Assembly (NCBI GenBank): GCA_039933035.1
Contig: JBDTOV010000002.1
Span: forward strand, 12,329 to 76,328
Origin: Ginsengibacter sp.
GTDB taxonomy: Bacteria; Bacteroidota; Bacteroidia; Chitinophagales; Chitinophagaceae
Direction: 5' to 3'
Length of the DNA stretch: 64,000 nucleotides
This document shows positions 59,099-64,000 of the stretch, in pieces. Position 1 is the stretch's first letter. Each line of letters opens with the position of its first letter. Both the position numbers and the translations under genes were made by a program. Under the pieces are notes generated by a model that saw only the letters and a list, made by a program, of their open reading frames with translations, did no database searches and was not told where the DNA came from.

Positions 59099-59959
59099 TT
59101 ACCGCATAGTTACAGCGCCGGCAGCAAAAGTATCACCCTGGCTCATATCGCCGGTTTCGTATCCTTTTTTGAACCAATACATTCTTTGCGCCGATGTTCC
59201 GTGCGTAAAAGCATCCGGCGTTACAGTGCCTTGCGATTCCCGCTGAAGCCGATCATCGCCTATTGCGTTGGCGGCGGTTAGTGCTTCCGAAATATCCGTG
59301 GGATTAATAACGTTTTTCATTTGCTGGTCATAATGCGCCCACATGCCTGCATAAAAATCTGCCTGCAACTCAAGTTTTACAGAATATGTATTATACTCTG
59401 TTTCACTTACCTGTTGCCTGATTCGTTGTAATTTATCTGTTGTTCCGAGCAGGTACTGAATATGATGACCCACTTCGTGCGCCACCACATATGCCATTGC
59501 AAATTCTCCCGACGCATTAAACCGCTGATTCAGCTCCTGCGCAAAGGAAAGATCTATATATACATCCTGATCCACCGGGCAATAAAAGGGTCCGGTGGAT
59601 GCGCTGGCATCTCCACACCCTGAAGCAGTGACATCGCGAAAAAGTACTAATGTTGGTTTCGTATAGGTTTTGCCCATATCACTAAAAATTTTGGTCCAAA
59701 CATCTTCTGTATCGGCTAATACCACTTTTACAAAATTAGCTTCCTTATCATCCGCAGCTTTTTGTTCTGCATTCATCTCCTGCTGTTGTGGTTGCTGTCG
59801 TAAATCCTGTTGCAGTTGATTTACATCGCCGCCACCTAACAGGAATTTTGCCAGTATGAATATTACACCGATAATTCCTCCCCCCACAGCTACGTGTCCT
59901 CCTGTAATACCACGTCGGTCATCTACATTGTTACTTTCTCTTCTGCCTTGCCATTGCAT
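59099..59959 (-). CDS. YpfJ-family neutral zinc metallopeptidase
   Basis: 286 aa. N-terminal MQWQGRRES.NV.DRR plus TM, and HEVGHH zinc motif. Confidence 0.85.
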   Translation of the reverse strand: MQWQGRRESNNVDDRRGITGGHVAVGGGIIGVIFILAKFLLGGGDVNQLQQDLRQQPQQQEMNAEQKAADDKEANFVKVVLADTEDVWTKIFSDMGKTYTKPTLVLFRDVTASGCGDASASTGPFYCPVDQDVYIDLSFAQELNQRFNASGEFAMAYVVAHEVGHHIQYLLGTTDKLQRIRQQVSETEYNTYSVKLELQADFYAGMWAHYDQQMKNVINPTDISEALTAANAIGDDRLQRESQGTVTPDAFTHGTSAQRMYWFKKGYETGDMSQGDTFAAGAVTMR

Positions 59960-60023
59960 AATTATAATTTTGAATATTAAAAATAGTATTCAATTATTTA
60001 ACGGAAAAATTTGAATTTCTTAT

Positions 60024-60833
60024 TTACCGGGAATTTTTTTTTGAAAGCATTACACCGCAACCTTTATAAAGAACCCCCCTGAAATTTACATTTACTTTAT
60101 ACCTGTATAAATAATCACTCATACCATCGCTGCAAAATTGTGGAAGTATGGTAATGGTCCATTTGTTAGTATCAGTTTTAAGCTTGTAAAACGTGCTGTC
60201 TTCATTCCTTACCGGTTTTTCTGCAGGAACGATCATTGGCTTCTTCCAGTCTGCCAACTTAAATAAAATGAATTTTTCATTATCAATTTCCAGATTCCAG
60301 AAAGGCTCATTACCTAGCCCGGCAAAATCAATACCTTCTGAACGTTTTTTATCCCAACCAGGATTATCTGAAGCAAGTTTTCTTTTAGTAAGCACGTATC
60401 TTAATGGATTGGTGACGGTAACTCCTTGTATATTATTTGCAAAAAGTGAATCCTTTTTTTTAACTAAAACCATTGCAGGTTTATTGTTTTGATACAATTC
60501 GATCTTTCCATCTTTCCTTTTCCAATCCCCTTCACTGGACTTGGGCGTTTCATTTTTACCCCAAAGCATTTGTTCCTCCTTATAGGTTTTATCATCAGTA
60601 AAAACAATAGTTTGCTGAATGCCGTCACATCCATCACAGGGAAACATTCCCTGGTATGCGCCGGAAGGTAAACTATCAGCAAATGTTGCAGCCATAGTAG
60701 AATCTTTTACAAAAATTATAGTATCCTGCACCCGGGTGGTGTCTGTAACAAAAACTGTTTTTTCGTTAGTACTGCCCTCATTACAAGAGGAGAATAATAG
60801 GGCAATGATGATACAGTAGGAGATGGATTTCAT
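60024..60833 (-). CDS. Lipoprotein with NlpE-like N-terminal domain and COG3650-like C-terminal domain
   Basis: Lipobox LFSSC. PCDGCDGIQQTIVF resembles the NlpE CxxC segment. C-terminal GNEPFWNLEI...CSDGMSD. Confidence 0.55.
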   Translation of the reverse strand: MKSISYCIIIALLFSSCNEGSTNEKTVFVTDTTRVQDTIIFVKDSTMAATFADSLPSGAYQGMFPCDGCDGIQQTIVFTDDKTYKEEQMLWGKNETPKSSEGDWKRKDGKIELYQNNKPAMVLVKKKDSLFANNIQGVTVTNPLRYVLTKRKLASDNPGWDKKRSEGIDFAGLGNEPFWNLEIDNEKFILFKLADWKKPMIVPAEKPVRNEDSTFYKLKTDTNKWTITILPQFCSDGMSDYLYRYKVNVNFRGVLYKGCGVMLSKKNSR

Positions 60834-61116
60834 TAAGCAAAATTTCCATGAAAATAAAATAAAAAACTCAACATGTAATGAATTTAATATTGCCGGAATT
60901 TAGTACTGACTGGGATGAAGATTTGTTGTCTATTTGTTTAGGTTTAAAGTGCATGGGAAAACGATATTTTATATTATGGAATTTCACTTCCTGCTATCGG
61001 ATTCAATGTTTAATTTTGGTTTGTTAGTTCCTTTTTACCAAAGAAATCTACGGGTAATGAACTAATATATTTAACAATACTTGCTAAATATATTAGTGTT
61101 AATAACTTATAATATA

Positions 61117-61124
61117 TATCTTTG
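61117..61124 (+). promoter_or_regulatory. -7 box (TAnnTTTG) upstream of recA
   Basis: TATCTTTG lies 47 nt upstream of ATG 61172. Confidence 0.35.
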
Positions 61125-61171
61125 CGCAACGAATAACTTTACAGAAATTAATAAAAGTTCAATTTATTGTT

Positions 61172-62197
61172 ATGGCAAATGCAGAAAAAAATACGGATAA
61201 AAATGCCGAGAAATTAAAAGCCCTGAGGCTAACCATTGATAAAATAGACAAAGACTTTGGCAAGGGAAGTGTGATGATGATGAACGAACGGTCACAGGAG
61301 CCACAGGCCGTAATTTCTACGGGTTCTATTGGCCTTGATGTTGCCCTGGGAATCGGCGGTCTGCCGAAAGGAAGGGTTGTTGAAATTTACGGACCTGAAT
61401 CTTCCGGGAAAACAACACTGGCCATCCATGTAATTGCAGAAGCACAGAAAAAAGGCGGCATGTGCGCTATTATTGATGCCGAACATGCATTTGACAGCGC
61501 ATACGCAAAAAGACTTGGTGTAGATGTTGATAATCTTCTAATAAGCCAACCCGATTATGGAGAACAGGGTCTCGAGATAGCAGACAGGCTGATCCTCTCC
61601 GGTGCATTGGATGTAGTGGTGATAGATTCTGTTGCCGCGCTCGTACCCAAGAGTGAACTTGAAGGTGAAATGGGTGATAGTAAAATGGGCATGCAGGCAA
61701 GACTGATGAGCCAGGCTTTAAGAAAACTTACGGCTACAATAAGCAAAACAAATTGCTGTTGCATTTTTATCAACCAGTTAAGAGATAAAATCGGTGTAAT
61801 GTTTGGAAACCCCGAAACTACTACCGGTGGCAATGCCCTAAAATTTTATGCGTCTGTGCGGCTTGATATCAGGCGTATGGCACAAATAAAAGATGGCGAT
61901 GAATCCATTGGGAACCGGGTTAAAGTAAAAGTCGTAAAAAATAAAGTAGCGCCTCCTTTCCGCATTGCGGAATTCGATATCATCTTTGGCAGTGGCATTT
62001 CTAAAACCGGTGAAATTATTGACATGGGCGTTGAGATGGGCGTTATTCAGAAAAGCGGCAGTTGGTTCAGCTATGAAACCACGAAACTTGGCCAGGGCCG
62101 CGATGCTGTGAAACAACTTCTTACAGACAATCCCGAGCTTGCCAATGAACTGGAAGGAAAAATACGGGCAAAGATTGCTGAATTGAACGCTGCATAA
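61172..62197 (+). CDS. recA: Recombinase RecA
   Basis: 341 aa. Walker [19 protein letters not shown]1/L2 loop regions. Confidence 0.97.
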   Translation: MANAEKNTDKNAEKLKALRLTIDKIDKDFGKGSVMMMNERSQEPQAVISTGSIGLDVALGIGGLPKGRVVEIYGPESSGKTTLAIHVIAEAQKKGGMCAIIDAEHAFDSAYAKRLGVDVDNLLISQPDYGEQGLEIADRLILSGALDVVVIDSVAALVPKSELEGEMGDSKMGMQARLMSQALRKLTATISKTNCCCIFINQLRDKIGVMFGNPETTTGGNALKFYASVRLDIRRMAQIKDGDESIGNRVKVKVVKNKVAPPFRIAEFDIIFGSGISKTGEIIDMGVEMGVIQKSGSWFSYETTKLGQGRDAVKQLLTDNPELANELEGKIRAKIAELNAA

Positions 62198-62220
62198 TTT
62201 TGAAAATAATTTTTGAACAA

Positions 62221-62247
62221 AAGCCATCTGTAAAAGGGTGGTTTTTT
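62221..62247 (+). terminator. Weak terminator after recA
   Basis: CCATC-TGTAAAAG-GGTGG (5-bp stem with one G-U) followed by T6. Confidence 0.4.
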
Positions 62248-62323
62248 CGTTTTAAGGCAATTAGATTATCGGAACAATATTTTGATGGTAACCAGGCAAC
62301 CATTTTTTATAAATACGCATTTA

Positions 62324-62331
62324 TACCTTTG
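62324..62331 (+). promoter_or_regulatory. -7 box (TAnnTTTG) upstream of the ECF sigma gene
   Basis: TACCTTTG lies 30 nt upstream of ATG 62362. Confidence 0.35.
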
Positions 62332-62361
62332 TAAAGCAAAATAACATTGTAGATTTTTTAC

Positions 62362-62916
62362 ATGGAAACATTAGAACTGATTAAGGAGGCTAAACACGGA
62401 AGTGCTGCTGCGCAGAAATACCTGTTTGATCAGTGGGCAGAAAAAATGAATATGGTGTGTCGCCGCTATGTAAAGAACCAGGAAGATGCTGAGGAATTGT
62501 TGCTCAATGGATTTTATAAGTTCTTTAAAAAAATTGGTGGCTTTAATTACAAGGGTGATGCTGCATTATACATGTGGTTAAAAAAGATCATGATAAACGA
62601 ATGCCTGATGTTTTTGCGAAAGAAAAATGTATTTACCATCGTGACGGAAGCTTCTGTAGAGGAAATTTCATTGCAGGAAGATGCGCTGGGTAAATTATCT
62701 GCAGAGGAAATCTTTAATTTAATTGTTCAGTTGCCAGTTGGTTACCGTACTGTTTTTAATCTCTATGTATTGGAGGGAATGACGCACAGTGAAATTGCGA
62801 AGCAACTGGGTATTGCAGAAGGAACATCAAAGTCGCAATTCAGTAAAGCAAAAATATTACTGCAAAAAATGATAATAAAAAACGACATAGAACATGATAA
62901 ACGAAAATCCCAATAA
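62362..62916 (+). CDS. ECF-type RNA polymerase sigma-70 factor
   Basis: 184 aa. Region 2 (YKGDAALYMWLKKIMINECL) and region 4 HTH (SEIAKQLGIAEGTSKSQFSKAK). Confidence 0.9.
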   Translation: METLELIKEAKHGSAAAQKYLFDQWAEKMNMVCRRYVKNQEDAEELLLNGFYKFFKKIGGFNYKGDAALYMWLKKIMINECLMFLRKKNVFTIVTEASVEEISLQEDALGKLSAEEIFNLIVQLPVGYRTVFNLYVLEGMTHSEIAKQLGIAEGTSKSQFSKAKILLQKMIIKNDIEHDKRKSQ

Positions 62917-63601
62917 TGATTTTCACTGGAAAAGCGAATTGGATGAATTAGAGTGTTTGGCCGGGGAAACTTTCAAAAAAGAAGCAGCATGGAGAAAGTT
63001 ATATCTGCGCATGCAGAAGAAGCCACGCAATAACAAATCTTTATGGTATTGGGCTGCTGCTGCCAGTTTAATAATTGCTTTATCTATACCTTGGTTTATC
63101 TCAAAGAAAAATACGAATACACTGGCAAAAGTAAATCCGAAACAACAACAAGTTCAATCGCCGGTTTTTGATTTTCTTCCTGCAAAAAATAATGACTCAA
63201 TTGCGGATATTTCTTCAACACCGCTTCAAAAGAAAACACGGGTAAGTTCTATTGAAAACCACAAAAAATTACTTACATCGTTGGTTGATAGATTAACAAC
63301 CGTTGAAAATATTGCAATCCAATCCAATAAAGAAATTACAGAACCTACAATAATTAACAGTGGCCTGGCACCTGTAGATACCCAACGAATTATTGCTGCC
63401 GTATTGCCCGCGAACAAAAAATTACGTGTTGTTTATATCAATGAATTAGGTGAACCTGGGGAGCAAACCGTCATGGTACGTAAAACGGAGACGCATTCTT
63501 TTCAATTAAAACTTGCCAACCAGGAAGTATTTGAAACGCCCGCGGCGGCTTCCAAAACAATAGGGTTCACTATTTTTAAAACGAAAACGTCCACAAACTA
63601 A
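62894..63601 (+). CDS. Putative anti-sigma factor / single-pass membrane protein
   Basis: 235 aa. Overlaps the sigma gene by 23 nt and has a central TM helix (LWYWAAAASLIIALSIPWFI). The call is positional only. Confidence 0.5.
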   Translation: MINENPNNDFHWKSELDELECLAGETFKKEAAWRKLYLRMQKKPRNNKSLWYWAAAASLIIALSIPWFISKKNTNTLAKVNPKQQQVQSPVFDFLPAKNNDSIADISSTPLQKKTRVSSIENHKKLLTSLVDRLTTVENIAIQSNKEITEPTIINSGLAPVDTQRIIAAVLPANKKLRVVYINELGEPGEQTVMVRKTETHSFQLKLANQEVFETPAAASKTIGFTIFKTKTSTN

Positions 63602-63607
63602 AATATA

Positions 63608-64000
63608 ATGAAAAAAGTAATTATTGCGTTGACGCTTTTAATAGGCGTCCTGCCGGATCTTTGCGCGCAATCTGAAAGTAAAGCAGACAGGGCATTTGAA
63701 ATTCCCGGAGATATTATTATCAATAGGAGATTTTATGTAAATCTCGAAAAAGGAAACAACCTCGAGATAGAACTCACCGACATAACAGATCTTGAACGCA
63801 TTGCTAATATTGATTCATTACTGAAAATATTTATAGCGGATATCACACCTTTGAAAGATTCACTTACCGATCCACTTACTTCAAAACGCATAGATTATGT
63901 CACTGATCCGCAGGGCAGAAAGAAAATAAGGCTTCAGCAGTTTCAACCCAAAGGCAACAATTACCTGCTGAATAATGGTGAACCCGCCGCACTAAAAATA
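63608..64000 (+). CDS. Secreted protein, 5' part only (runs off the window)
   Basis: An ATG at 63608 is followed by a signal peptide (MKKVIIALTLLIGVLPDLCAQ) and an open frame to the window end. It is not in the ORF track because no stop is present. Confidence 0.5.
   Translation, partial: MKKVIIALTLLIGVLPDLCAQSESKADRAFEIPGDIIINRRFYVNLEKGNNLEIELTDITDLERIANIDSLLKIFIADITPLKDSLTDPLTSKRIDYVTDPQGRKKIRLQQFQPKGNNYLLNNGEPAALKI

Noticed and set aside
1-64000. CRISPR arrays, rRNA genes, additional tRNAs, IS elements or transposases, toxin-antitoxin pairs, restriction-modification or other defence cassettes, biosynthetic clusters.
   Set aside because: None seen. The only repeats found are the 14-mer tandem at 23327-23354 and short terminator stems. 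All sizeable ORFs are accounted for by housekeeping or conserved hypothetical families.

Overview
This window looks like an AT-rich Bacteroidota chromosome segment. The gene content suggests Chitinophagia or Sphingobacteriia: IPExxxVDY, ORF6N, DUF2480 and GH3 families, TAnnTTTG -7 boxes, and no Shine-Dalgarno signals. It is mostly core housekeeping DNA.

I can support about 57 apparently intact CDS:
- Translation and RNA: cysS, asnS, mnmG, ybeY, rho.
- Replication and repair: dnaN, recQ, a uvrD-like helicase, recA, a SNF2/SWIM helicase.
- NAD metabolism: nadA, nadD, pnuC, a nadR-like kinase.
- Envelope and sugar metabolism: kdsB, kpsF, a manC-type gene, mtgA.
- Other: selU/selD, feoA, feoB, corA, chrA, gcvT.

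The window also holds one tRNA-Phe(GAA), four decayed genes, several intrinsic terminators and a set of -7 promoter boxes.

I found no CRISPR array, rRNA, intact mobile element, recognisable defence island or biosynthetic cluster. I cannot honestly support a clear new multi-gene system here.

The observations most worth a second look are:
1. A DnaA-box cluster with an AT-rich tract in the 507-bp ppiD/nadA gap, a possible oriC.
2. A 40-bp near-perfect palindrome (tandem 14-mers with CACGTG cores) spanning the ybeY stop codon, just upstream of mnmG.
3. A selenium locus, selU - gene remnant - selD - overlapping small 3-TM membrane gene.
4. A degraded integrative-element scar at tRNA-Phe.
5. A DUF4142 lipoprotein gene whose signal peptide is cut off from its domain by an in-frame TAA.
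6. A same-strand GH3-LysE-membrane protein-MtgA cluster.

All family assignments come from motif recognition by eye. No database searches were run.
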